Both the position numbers and the translations under genes were made by a program. A model generated the notes under the pieces. It did no database searches. It saw nothing but the letters and a program-made list of their open reading frames with translations, and was not told the origin of the DNA. A stretch of 64,000 bases of DNA from Candidatus Iainarchaeum sp. (GTDB lineage: Archaea > Iainarchaeota > Iainarchaeia > Iainarchaeales > VGJJ01), in contig JAZDJQ010000018.1 in assembly GCA_043803765.1 (NCBI GenBank), positions 64,001 to 128,000 of the forward strand. Reading direction: 5' to 3'. Of the stretch, positions 20,120-29,191 are shown piece after piece. Every line of letters begins with the position of its first letter. Position 1 is the first letter of the stretch.

Positions 20120-21430
20120 ATGGCCTCTAACCAAATCAACATGGATTTCGCATCCAAAAATACGGTAGTAGGGCGCGAAGCAGAATACTTGAAAAAGTAT
20201 GGGGAAGAGGGGACTGCGTACATTGGAAAAGTCGTCATGTCGAGCGGGGAAAACCCCGTGTTGGGAAGAAAAGTATTAATGGATGTAGCCAGCCCCCACG
20301 TGGTGTTGATATGCGGCAAGAGGGGTGGGGGAAAAAGCTATAGTCTAGGAGTACTCATTGAAGAATTTGCAAAGTTAGCCCCCGAACTCAAACGAAGAAC
20401 GTCATTAATTGTAGTGGATATGGTGGGAATATTCTGGACATTGAAAGTGCCAGCCAGAGGAAACGAAAAAGAATTATTAGAATGGGGACTCACTCCCGAA
20501 TCATTGCCCGTTCGAATACTGGTTCCAAAGGGAAAAATAGACTTTTACAAAGAAAAACAAATACCGGTTGATGAAGCATTAACACTACGCTGTTCAGAAT
20601 TAGATATCACGGAATGGATGGCATTATTCCGATTCACATGGCATGATGCCGAAGCCATTTTGTTAGGAAGAATAATTGAAAAATTGAAAGAACAACTCGG
20701 AACGCGATTTGGAATGGATGACATTCTCACCGCTATTTCACGCGATGAGGAATCGGACAAACTCACGCAACAATCGCTCAAAAACAGAATCGAGATGGCA
20801 AAAGGATGGGGATTATTAGAAAAAGAAGGAACCAAAATGAAAGACATTGCTGAAGCGGGAAAAATAACCGTGATTGATGTTTCAGCATACCGGCAAGCCA
20901 TTGGAATGGAAGGAACAAAAGATATTATTGTCGCATTATTAGGAAAAAAATTGTTTGAAGAACGCATGTTATATCGAAAAGAGGAAGAAATAAGGTTGAT
21001 GAAAGGACTTGGAAGAGAAAGTGGCATGCCTATTGTGTGGCTGATGATTGATGAAGCCCATATGTTCATGCCAAAAGACGAACCCAATATTGCACTCAAC
21101 GTGTTATTGGAATGGGTGCGCGTAGGAAGACAACCCGGGTTAAGTTTAGTATTAGCCACGCAACGGCCGAACAAATTGCACCCGGATGCCATTTCCCAAT
21201 GCGACTTATTCATTTCCCACCGCATGACCGCACAAGATGATATCATGGCCGTTTCTCAACTACGACCAACGTATATGCACGGGGACTTTGACAAAATATA
21301 TGCCGAAATGCCCCGAGGAAGAGGATACGCATTATTACTCGATGACAACGCCGAAAGCATCTATACCATCCGCATGAGACCGCGCACGACATGGGATGGC
21401 GGGGTAACGGCAAGCGCATTCACGAAATAG
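20120..21430 (+). CDS. HerA/FtsK-superfamily (DUF87-type) ATPase
   Basis: Walker A GKRGGGKS, Walker B LMIDEAH, R.GR and ATQRP motifs. Confidence 0.88.
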   Translation: MASNQINMDFASKNTVVGREAEYLKKYGEEGTAYIGKVVMSSGENPVLGRKVLMDVASPHVVLICGKRGGGKSYSLGVLIEEFAKLAPELKRRTSLIVVDMVGIFWTLKVPARGNEKELLEWGLTPESLPVRILVPKGKIDFYKEKQIPVDEALTLRCSELDITEWMALFRFTWHDAEAILLGRIIEKLKEQLGTRFGMDDILTAISRDEESDKLTQQSLKNRIEMAKGWGLLEKEGTKMKDIAEAGKITVIDVSAYRQAIGMEGTKDIIVALLGKKLFEERMLYRKEEEIRLMKGLGRESGMPIVWLMIDEAHMFMPKDEPNIALNVLLEWVRVGRQPGLSLVLATQRPNKLHPDAISQCDLFISHRMTAQDDIMAVSQLRPTYMHGDFDKIYAEMPRGRGYALLLDDNAESIYTIRMRPRTTWDGGVTASAFTK

Positions 21431-21500
21431 GGAAAAAAAACCATTCTTTCGAGACTCGTTCCAACACCCCTTAAAAGGAAGTTGAGTCCGTTTCTGCCAT

Positions 21501-22820
21501 ATGGTTCATGAGTATACGCAAAAGCGCGCATCCGAGAAGTGGCGCATGATCGGATTACTTGTCTATTTCCTTTTTGTTGGAATAGTCGCATATGGAGTAT
21601 TCACGCTCCCCCTTTTTCACATTATGATTAGTTTTTCCATCCTATTTCTATACCTCGGGTGTTTTTTTCTATTAACGTATATCGAACATGAACGAAAACC
21701 TACTCCCATTCTACAGAAATGGCCCTCGCTCGCCATTGTGATTCCTGCCTACAACAGGGGGGAAAGCCTCCGAACATGCCTCGAGTGTGTGACAAAAATA
21801 CAGTATCCAAAAAAAATGCAGATTTTAGTCGTGGATGACGCTTCCACGGACCACACGCAACAAATATTAGAAGAATTCAAGAAGAAAGGAATTCAATCCA
21901 TCCGACAACCCCAGAATGGGGGAAAATCCCACGCCATCAACACGGGAATAAAAAAAGTAAAAGGAGAAATCATCGTCGTGATGGACGGGGACAGTTATCC
22001 CGCCCCTGACTCGGTAATGAAACTCGTCCCTAATTTTTATTCCCATGAAAACGTAGGAGCAGTTACTACGATTGTACGCGTGCATAATCGAAAAGGATTA
22101 CTGCAACGTATCCAAGAAGTAGAATATTTCCTCGAATTCGGCCTCAAAAATTCCGTGCTGAACACGCTGGACTCGCTTTATGTAACACCCGGGCCATTAT
22201 CCGCGTACAAAAGAGAAGCATTAGAGAAAGCAGGAGGATACGATGAACACAACATCACGGAAGACATGGAAATAACATTCCATTTACACAAATTAGGATA
22301 CCGTATTGTATTAGAACCGGACGCGCAAGTATTCACCGATGTCCCGGATACGATTCCAAAATTATACAAACAAAGACAACGATGGAGCTATGGGGGGTGG
22401 CAAACCATTCACAAATACAGGAAAGACTTATTCTCCAAACAAAAATTCTTTTTTAGAATATTTTTTCCTCTACGCGTATTACTCGATATTTCTGCCGTAT
22501 TTTTCCTCATGCTTGCCACACGAATGGGAATGGGATATTTCCACGACATCCAAGGAACACTCACAGCATATTCCACCATTTCATTCGAAACGATTGTTTT
22601 TCCGCCGTTCTATTTGAACAGCCACGTTCTCCTCTATCTTCTCATTGTAGTACTAACATTACTCATGGCCTATTTTGGAACACGGGCGGCAGGAGCACCC
22701 GCACGGCAACTATCACCACTGGGAATATTCCTATTCCTTTCAATCTATTGGGTATTCATCATCTTCATTCAGGCTACGAGCTTATTACGCATTATTTATG
22801 GAGGAAGACAAAAATGGTGA
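21501..22820 (+). CDS. Processive GT2 glycosyltransferase (PgaC/IcaA/CesA-like)
   Basis: VVDDAS, DGD, TED and QRQRW motifs; N- and C-terminal TMs. Confidence 0.9.
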   Translation: MVHEYTQKRASEKWRMIGLLVYFLFVGIVAYGVFTLPLFHIMISFSILFLYLGCFFLLTYIEHERKPTPILQKWPSLAIVIPAYNRGESLRTCLECVTKIQYPKKMQILVVDDASTDHTQQILEEFKKKGIQSIRQPQNGGKSHAINTGIKKVKGEIIVVMDGDSYPAPDSVMKLVPNFYSHENVGAVTTIVRVHNRKGLLQRIQEVEYFLEFGLKNSVLNTLDSLYVTPGPLSAYKREALEKAGGYDEHNITEDMEITFHLHKLGYRIVLEPDAQVFTDVPDTIPKLYKQRQRWSYGGWQTIHKYRKDLFSKQKFFFRIFFPLRVLLDISAVFFLMLATRMGMGYFHDIQGTLTAYSTISFETIVFPPFYLNSHVLLYLLIVVLTLLMAYFGTRAAGAPARQLSPLGIFLFLSIYWVFIIFIQATSLLRIIYGGRQKW

Positions 22821-23464
22821 CTAATATTTTTGTACGCGCGGGAATATTCACCGTCATCGTTCTTATCGCATGGTTTCTATTATCCACCGCATTGGAAGGA
22901 GAACGCAACACGCTCTTATTAGGAAAAATTGATACGGTGATTGCAGAGGAAAGCGCGGTAGGAGCTTATCTGGATTATTTAGAAAGCACGGGGAATGTAG
23001 AACGATATTGCCATGTGTTAGAGGAACATATCCAAATTCAAAACGAACGATTATTTTCACTTTTAGCATTACTGGATGAAGCAAGACAGAATAGTTTGCA
23101 AAACCAATACCCTGTTGTTAGACAACGATTCCAATCCGCCAACGCCCGGCTCTTTTTCTCATTGCAAACATACAATTACAAGTGCCCGGCAACCGACCAA
23201 TTGAAACAACCCATCCTATATTTCTTCCCCGATAACATGCCCTGCTCCGATTGTTTGTTACAAGCCCAAATATTAGATGAAATACGCGACACGTGCAGCA
23301 CCCCTATCCAAATATTCGCATTCCCGGTAGAAGGAGGAATCGAAACCGTGGAATTACTCGTGAAAGACTATGGGATTGAAACCACCCCTAGCCTAGTTAT
23401 TAACAACGAGGTATTGAAAGGAGTTCAATCAAAAGGTGGGCTTATGCAGCTCCTGAACTGCTAA
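22814..23464 (+). CDS. Membrane-anchored thioredoxin-fold protein
   Basis: N-terminal TM, CSDC, YGIETTPSLVIN; overlaps the GT2 stop. Confidence 0.75.
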   Translation: MVTNIFVRAGIFTVIVLIAWFLLSTALEGERNTLLLGKIDTVIAEESAVGAYLDYLESTGNVERYCHVLEEHIQIQNERLFSLLALLDEARQNSLQNQYPVVRQRFQSANARLFFSLQTYNYKCPATDQLKQPILYFFPDNMPCSDCLLQAQILDEIRDTCSTPIQIFAFPVEGGIETVELLVKDYGIETTPSLVINNEVLKGVQSKGGLMQLLNC

Positions 23465-24733
23465 CTACCCGCGCCAAACCTTCAACACATACGATTCGGG
23501 CTGTGGTTCACAATCAGAGCTAGACAGAACAACATAGAAAGCCGTTTCCTCAACCGCAAAGCGAGTCCTCACTTCGGGAGACACAAGAGATTGATCAAAA
23601 ACCACAAGCTTCGCACCTTGCGAGAGAAATAGTTCAAAATCATTTTTTCCCGGCAAAGGCTCTGCCACGATATTTTGTGAATAGAAATTCACCCATTTAT
23701 CACTCATGACACGGCAGTCATGCAGAGCGGGAAGATCAGGAAGGTGCAGGGGGATGAAAGTGAATGAAACCAATCCGATTCCAGATACGAGCAGTGAAAC
23801 GAACAGGATTCCAAACATCAAACGGGAGTGAGGCGCGCTCGTAGATGAGACCAAAAACGTTTGAGATGGAATAGTCGGAAGCAAAAAACGGGACTCTTTG
23901 ATGCCCGAAAAAAGGACCATTATGAACGAAATGATACCAATGGCAGTCCATTTCCACTCTTTTTGAAAGTGGGCATGCTGGGTCATTAAAATAATGAAGT
24001 AAACGGATAATGGAAAAAGAACCGAAATATCAGGAATAGTAAAGACTCCTTTCTGAATGACATTCAAGTAAAATGATTCATCGACGCTGAAGAATGCGTT
24101 TCCTGTGAGTGAATAATTATACCACAGCCAAGGAACCCAAACAATAATAGATGAAATCGAAAATGAGACAATGGACTTTCGATAATGATAAAATAAAATG
24201 GGTAAAAAGAATAGGTAATTGTAGCGCGAAAGCGTAGCCAAACCAAATAAAGCCCCACCCATCCAAGGGCGAGGAACGAGAAAGGATAAAATCAGAAATG
24301 CCAATGCAAAAATATCTCCCCCCCCATTCGAATGAATTAGAATAGTAGGAAAAAGAAACGCAAAAAGTGAAAATGAAATACTATTTATTTTTTCTTTCTT
24401 GGAAAAATGATAATATAGCCAAACAACGGCAATGAAATAAAGAATCGAAGCCAACATTATCGAAAGGAAGGGAGCCCAACCCCCTGCACCCGCTAAACAA
24501 TGTACCGCACCCGGCAGGGGCGGGCGTAACCACTCAAAATAGTTCCCCACTCCGCAAAACCATTCTCCATGCAATGCATAAACAATAGGATCCCACCACC
24601 CTGAGAACAACCAATAAAGTTGCACCACAAAAAAGATCAAAAAACTCAATAGGAGAACGCGTGGAAGACGAAGTGTTTCATATTCAAACCATAATCGAAT
24701 GCCCCGGAGTATCGACTGAGGGAAAGAATTCAC
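23465..24733 (-). CDS. GT-C (PMT-like) membrane glycosyltransferase
   Basis: WD..Y, RPPL, LATLSRY and KESRFLLP motifs; many TMs. Confidence 0.8.
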   Translation of the reverse strand: MNSFPQSILRGIRLWFEYETLRLPRVLLLSFLIFFVVQLYWLFSGWWDPIVYALHGEWFCGVGNYFEWLRPPLPGAVHCLAGAGGWAPFLSIMLASILYFIAVVWLYYHFSKKEKINSISFSLFAFLFPTILIHSNGGGDIFALAFLILSFLVPRPWMGGALFGLATLSRYNYLFFLPILFYHYRKSIVSFSISSIIVWVPWLWYNYSLTGNAFFSVDESFYLNVIQKGVFTIPDISVLFPLSVYFIILMTQHAHFQKEWKWTAIGIISFIMVLFSGIKESRFLLPTIPSQTFLVSSTSAPHSRLMFGILFVSLLVSGIGLVSFTFIPLHLPDLPALHDCRVMSDKWVNFYSQNIVAEPLPGKNDFELFLSQGAKLVVFDQSLVSPEVRTRFAVEETAFYVVLSSSDCEPQPESYVLKVWRG

Positions 24734-24800
24734 CTATTGAAAAAGAAAGGAACCTACTTATTTCTTTGTATTACAGGCAGTAAATATAACTCTTGTCGAG

Positions 24801-25136
24801 TTAGCATTCGCATGCTAACCCTAACGCGCACGATTCGAGACGCGAGTTAATCCTTTTCTGTTCGGCAAAAGAAGCAGTAGAACACTCCTTCCGTAAACGC
24901 ATAATTTCAGCATTATGACACCGCACCTGCTCCTCGTATTTCCGCGTCATATCATCCAGCCGTGCCTGCATAATCCTCAATCGACGCAGGGTAAGGGCTC
25001 GAAAAAGTTGTGCATCCCTACTCTGCTTTCGAAAAACGTTCTTGCAACACTTCGAGACAAACATGAACGACAACCAATTACAACGCGTGTCACCGATTCT
25101 TTTAATAGCGCTAACGCCGCTCAAAACACTAGACAT
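24801..25136 (-). CDS. Hypothetical basic coiled-coil protein
   Basis: 111-aa ORF in tandem with two similar-sized basic ORFs. Confidence 0.45.
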   Translation of the reverse strand: MSSVLSGVSAIKRIGDTRCNWLSFMFVSKCCKNVFRKQSRDAQLFRALTLRRLRIMQARLDDMTRKYEEQVRCHNAEIMRLRKECSTASFAEQKRINSRLESCALGLACEC

Positions 25137-25293
25137 ATAGGGACTCCCTGTCGACTATAATATAGTGGCCTGCAGGCCGCCACGCCGACAGGAACCCAAA
25201 ACACTCACAAGAACTAAAACGAGACCGGCGACCTTTCATCCGCCGGTCCTAACAGACCAGCGGTATTCCCGGTCGCTTAGAATAAAAAAAAAA

Positions 25294-25590
25294 TCAGCGA
25301 CCCGATAGTTTCTGAATAAGCGTGGAGAGATTCTTTATTTTGGTTTCCAATCCCCTGCAATCGGAACGAGCACGTGCTAATTGTTCTTTCAACAACTCTT
25401 TTCTCGGAGCATGTTCACCAATCTCCCTCTCCAATCGAATAATAGCCAATCTTCTTCGAATCAAATCCCTCGACAAACCACCAATCTTGATGCGATACAC
25501 ACGAACTCTGCGATTGATATCAAACGTTTCACGCCGCTCCTTGGATACCTTCCGCTTGAACCAAGCAGGGGATGATCTACGGGATGGCAT
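25294..25590 (-). CDS. Basic coiled-coil protein (98 aa), paralog 1
   Basis: MPSRRSS...YRIKIGGLSRDL...AIIRL...LLKEQL; aligns with 25690-25986. Confidence 0.7.
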   Translation of the reverse strand: MPSRRSSPAWFKRKVSKERRETFDINRRVRVYRIKIGGLSRDLIRRRLAIIRLEREIGEHAPRKELLKEQLARARSDCRGLETKIKNLSTLIQKLSGR

Positions 25591-25689
25591 GAACGATCCT
25601 AATAATAATGGAGAATAAAAAAACCACCTACGGAACCCTCTCCATAAACCATCAGAGAAAAAGAACACAAAGAAGAATAAAATTCCTCA

Positions 25690-25986
25690 TTACGAAGACA
25701 TCTTACGGATAAGGGCAGTAAGAGTCTCTATCTTCTCCTGTATTCTCGCAAATTCAATACAATCACGACTCAACTGTTCCAGCAGTATCTTACTATCTGG
25801 AGGATTCTCATTCAACTCCCTCCTTAATCGGATAATGGCTCTTTGCCGAACATCCAAATCCCTACTCAATCCAGCAATCTTTACACGATACTCACGAATG
25901 GTTCTTGCTACACTATGCGCCGATGACTGATAACGAGCGGCCTTACTTTTCCTACGACGAAAAGGAGCCGGACCACGCGGAGACAT
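25690..25986 (-). CDS. Basic coiled-coil protein (98 aa), paralog 2
   Basis: MSPRGPAP...YRVKIAGLSRDL...AIIRL...LLEQL. Confidence 0.7.
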   Translation of the reverse strand: MSPRGPAPFRRRKSKAARYQSSAHSVARTIREYRVKIAGLSRDLDVRQRAIIRLRRELNENPPDSKILLEQLSRDCIEFARIQEKIETLTALIRKMSS

Positions 25987-26084
25987 AAAACCGAAAAGAA
26001 ACTTGCTCCATAAAAGGATGACCCTAAAAAAAACATATTCCGGAAGTCCAACCAAAAAAAGAACCCCTGATAGCAAAAACAAAA

Positions 26085-26156
26085 TAGGCCCGGGCAGAGT
26101 CGAACTGCCGTCTCGACCGTGTGAAGGTCGTGTGATAACCGTTACACTACGGGCCT
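26085..26156 (-). tRNA. tRNA-Val(CAC)
   Basis: AGGCCCG/CGGGCCT-A; anticodon arm CGACC-TTCACAC-GGTCG; T arm GGCAG-TTCGACT-CTGCC. Confidence 0.95.
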
Positions 26157-26263
26157 TTCCTCTCAAAGAAAGGAGCAAAAAAGGCTTATAAAACACGGGT
26201 AGGAAACCCATCCCTTTTGAGAAGAGGGCGAACTTATAAATCAAAAAGGAGTGTTTCACTCGC

Positions 26264-27247
26264 ATGACACGGCATACTTTTTGGATACTCGGATTTCTTC
26301 TATTACTTACTCCAGTGTTAGCCCTTGAATTGGACGCCCCTGAACAAGTCCCATCGTATTCCCCCTTCACGTTCAGAGTGATTCTCCCCTCAACCGAGGC
26401 ATTTTCTACCGCCACGATTATGTTCGACAATATCGGGGTTGCCACGATTTACAACTCAGGAACGTGTCTCATTCAACCTGACTGGATTCCTTTTTTGATT
26501 CACTGCAAAACGTACGATACCGACCCAAAAACAAACGAAGGATTAACTGCCATCATTACGCACACGGGATTTGCTAAAGGAATTCATACCATTTCAATTC
26601 AATCACAAGGAATAGAAGGAAGCTTTTCCAGCACCGAAGTGAAAGTGATTACCCCGCTCGAAGACACGTATAAGGATGAGTTAAATAGTGAGATAACAAA
26701 CGTAAAAGGACGCGTGGAAGAGTTAGAAACATTTTCGCAAGGAGCCCAGCAAAAAATAAATGAAACACAATCCCAACTCGAACAAACGATTCATGAAACA
26801 GGAGAAAAAATCAACACGCTCAAAGACTTGTTAAGTGCCCAATTCAAAAATGCAGAAAAAGTAGTCCAACAATCAAGTGAAACGTTTACCATTCCCTTCT
26901 TATCAGGCAATGGCACGGGGCTTGCAACAGGAGTGAACGCACCCGTATTAGGCATTCTCCTGATTGTAGCATTTGCATCATTAATCCTATTTGCAGGAAT
27001 AGGAAGGAAAAAGAAAACAGGTTTTGGAGGAATCATCCCAAAAGACAATACTCCATTCCTCGCAGGAAATTTAGACACACTATTCAAAGGACTACCCGAA
27101 AAAAAGAATATGGAAGAACGAATTTCTCCCCAACCCAAAAAATGGTCGTCGGATGTAGAAGAGGAATTGCGTGATGATATTGAAAACAATCCGCCTGAAA
27201 AAAGCAAAGTGAACTTTGGTGACCTTATTCGGAATGAAAGGGATTGA
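26264..27247 (+). CDS. Secreted Ig-like plus coiled-coil protein with TM anchor
   Basis: Signal peptide (VLA-L), coiled coil, TM and charged cytoplasmic tail. Confidence 0.75.
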   Translation: MTRHTFWILGFLLLLTPVLALELDAPEQVPSYSPFTFRVILPSTEAFSTATIMFDNIGVATIYNSGTCLIQPDWIPFLIHCKTYDTDPKTNEGLTAIITHTGFAKGIHTISIQSQGIEGSFSSTEVKVITPLEDTYKDELNSEITNVKGRVEELETFSQGAQQKINETQSQLEQTIHETGEKINTLKDLLSAQFKNAEKVVQQSSETFTIPFLSGNGTGLATGVNAPVLGILLIVAFASLILFAGIGRKKKTGFGGIIPKDNTPFLAGNLDTLFKGLPEKKNMEERISPQPKKWSSDVEEELRDDIENNPPEKSKVNFGDLIRNERD

Positions 27248-27309
27248 ATTGGTTTTCGCATCCATCTCCTGCTCCTTTAAATGTATTTCAACACCAAGTT
27301 CCTGTATCT

Positions 27310-27393
27310 GCAGGAGTAGCGAAGCGGTCAAACGTGTTGGCCTTAGAAGCCAATGGCTTAGTGCCTTCGGAGGTTCGAATCCTCCCTCCTGCA
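27310..27393 (+). tRNA. tRNA-Leu(UAG)
   Basis: GCAGGAG/CTCCTGC-A; TTGGC-CTTAGAA-GCCAA; long variable arm. Confidence 0.95.
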
Positions 27394-27425
27394 TTAAATT
27401 CGTATCAAAAAAAATGGAAAAAAAA

Positions 27426-27701
27426 GGCTCCGTGGTATAGCTGGATAATTTCAACGGTCGCCACGACGAGCTATTGGGTAGGGTTTTCAATCCTATTGTA
27501 GACCAATCTGCTGCATGCCCGCGTGGTGCAGTCGGCCGATTTCGCACGGCCACCACGAGGGACTACATGGTTGGATTTTCAATCCAACAGTAGGTCAATC
27601 ATTGTACACTGCCTGTGTGGTGTAGTCCGCCGTTTTCGTCCGGCGGCACCGACGGACTAACGCAGGATTTAACAATCCTGCAATAGGCCAAATAAAATAC
27701 G
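27426..27701 (+). repeat. Tandem array of three ~92-bp units, each a tRNA 5'-end copy plus a structured module
   Basis: Units start at 27426, 27517 and 27611 with GGCTCCGTGGTATAGCT / GCCCGCGTGGTGCAGTC / GCCTGTGTGGTGTAGTC, versus tRNA-Arg GCCCGTGTGGTGTAGTC at 27702; shared covarying hairpins. Confidence 0.85.
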
Positions 27702-27775
27702 GCCCGTGTGGTGTAGTCTGGATAGCATAAGGGCTTCCGGAGCCCTTGACCTGGGTTCAAATCCCAGCACGGGTG
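27702..27775 (+). tRNA. tRNA-Arg(CCG)
   Basis: GCCCGTG/CACGGGT-G; AGGGC-TTCCGGA-GCCCT; CTGGG-TTCAAAT-CCCAG. Confidence 0.95.
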
Positions 27776-27856
27776 TCTAGGGGTTGTTTTACAATCCCTT
27801 TACCGTTTTCCCCGGGCTTTTCTGAAAAGGCCGGTTCCGAATTCCAGCACGGGTGT
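27776..27856 (+). mobile_element. tRNA-anchored mini-element with duplicated tRNA-Arg 3' end
   Basis: CCAGCACGGGTGT at 27764 is repeated at 27844, preceded by TTTTCCCCGGGCTTTTCTGAAAAGGCCGGTTCCGAAT. Confidence 0.7.
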
Positions 27857-28269
27857 TATCTTTCTTTCAGAGGAAAGAACGAATACTAGAAACTGGATTG
27901 AGTGATACAATCCAATTTCCAATTAGAAAAAAGAGTTTTCCTCCACTCTTGAGAAGGAAAATTATTCCGATGAGGAATTGAATAAAACATATTATACTTA
28001 GCGCAAGCAACACTCCCGTTATGCGATGACGGGAAAGAAAAGGCCATTTTTCTTCAAGTGAAGCACGAACAAGACCAATGTATACGCTAAGACTGACACG
28101 AAAACAATAGATTTTTTCTTCCACATGAGCGGAAGCTGAATGAAAGAATGCTAGGAACGACATGATGAAACACCTATTTGGAGAGTATTACGCCAAAAAC
28201 TAATTTTTGGACGCACCAGCATGAAAAAAGAAACCCTTTATATGGGTTGATTTGCGAGACTATAACATA

Positions 28270-28863
28270 ATGAAACGAATTTCGTTAGAAAACATTCCCT
28301 TTTCATCCCCGCAAAAAGGATATGCTCCGAGGGAAGACTCATGGCTGCTTGCCCACCACCTCCCCAATGCGAAAGGAAAAAAATGCCTCGATATGGGTTG
28401 CGGAAGCGGAATACAGACAGCCGCACTGTTGGTGAATGAAGCAGAAGAAGTATGGTGCGTTGACATCAATCAGGATGCATTAGAAAAAACAAAAAAAATA
28501 GTCGAGAAGTATTTTCCAGGAAAAAAAACACATTATGTCCAATCCAATTTATTTGAAACGATTCTAAATGAAAAATTTGATATTATTGTATTTAATCCAC
28601 CCTATGTTCCAAGCGAAAAAATAAAATGGATGGAAGTAGACGGAGGAAAAAAAGGAAGGGAAATCATTGACGCATTCATTGAAAAAATTCCTTATCATCT
28701 AAATGAAAAAGGAGAATGCTATCTTCTTCAATCATCCCTCAATGGAATACCTATTACCGAAAAAAAAATACGAAAGCATGGAATGAACGGAGTAATTATT
28801 GCACGGCAGAAAATAGCTTTTGAAGAATTGATTATCTTTCGCATCAGTAAAAACAACCTTTAA
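28270..28863 (+). CDS. HemK2/Mtq2-like N5-glutamine methyltransferase
   Basis: YAPREDS, LDMGCGSG, FNPPY, DGG..GR. Confidence 0.9.
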   Translation: MKRISLENIPFSSPQKGYAPREDSWLLAHHLPNAKGKKCLDMGCGSGIQTAALLVNEAEEVWCVDINQDALEKTKKIVEKYFPGKKTHYVQSNLFETILNEKFDIIVFNPPYVPSEKIKWMEVDGGKKGREIIDAFIEKIPYHLNEKGECYLLQSSLNGIPITEKKIRKHGMNGVIIARQKIAFEELIIFRISKNNL

Positions 28864-28890
28864 ATGTACTTTCACCTGCAAATGCATGAC

Positions 28891-28974
28891 GCATGCGTAC
28901 CCAAGCGGTCTAAGGGGCCAGACTCAGACTCTGGTGGCTTAGTGCCTTCGGAGGTTCGAATCCTCCCGCGTGCA
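28891..28974 (+). tRNA. tRNA-Leu(CAG)
   Basis: GCATGCG/CGCGTGC-A; CCAGA-CTCAGAC-TCTGG; variable arm identical to tRNA-Leu(UAG). Confidence 0.95.
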
Positions 28975-29083
28975 TGTCCAGTTCCGATTGGACCAACCGG
29001 CGTAGCGTGATGGCATGCCATCACTCATCCATTTTTCCCCGGGCTTTTCACAAAAGGCCGGTTCTGAATCCTCCCGCGTGCAT
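28975..29083 (+). mobile_element. tRNA-anchored mini-element with duplicated tRNA-Leu 3' end
   Basis: GAATCCTCCCGCGTGCAT at 28958 is repeated exactly at 29066; 37-nt terminal motif 34/37 identical to the Arg element. Confidence 0.75.
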
Positions 29084-29191
29084 CGCGGGTTTCGCCCGGT
29101 CGAAATGAAGTAGCATTATAACGAACCATAACTCGTTTTCGCTCCTTTTGGGCATTTCATTTAATTACCCCTTTTACTATTCCTTCTTTTA

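Noticed and set aside
25987-26445. N-terminal extension of ORF 25690..26445
   Set aside because: It runs through tRNA-Val and the opposite-strand gene; paralog alignment places the start at 25986.
27426-27701. CRISPR array
   Set aside because: The repeats are tRNA-derived and degenerate, the 'spacers' are homologous to each other, the period is ~92 bp, and there are no cas genes in the window.
27426-27701. Split or intron-containing tRNA genes
   Set aside because: The fragments stop in the D arm, I found no matching 3' halves or convincing bulge-helix-bulge motifs by eye, and the intact tRNA-Arg is adjacent.
27517-27701. Canonical HDV-like (theta) ribozymes
   Set aside because: A P1/P2/P3-like order and a TTTTCG loop are present, but only ~3 nt separate P1' from P2', leaving no room for P1.1/P4/J4-2 with the catalytic C. 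Kept only as a testable alternative.
27867-28163. 98-aa minus-strand membrane ORF
   Set aside because: No recognisable motif and an uncertain start; it may be real or decayed but cannot be supported.
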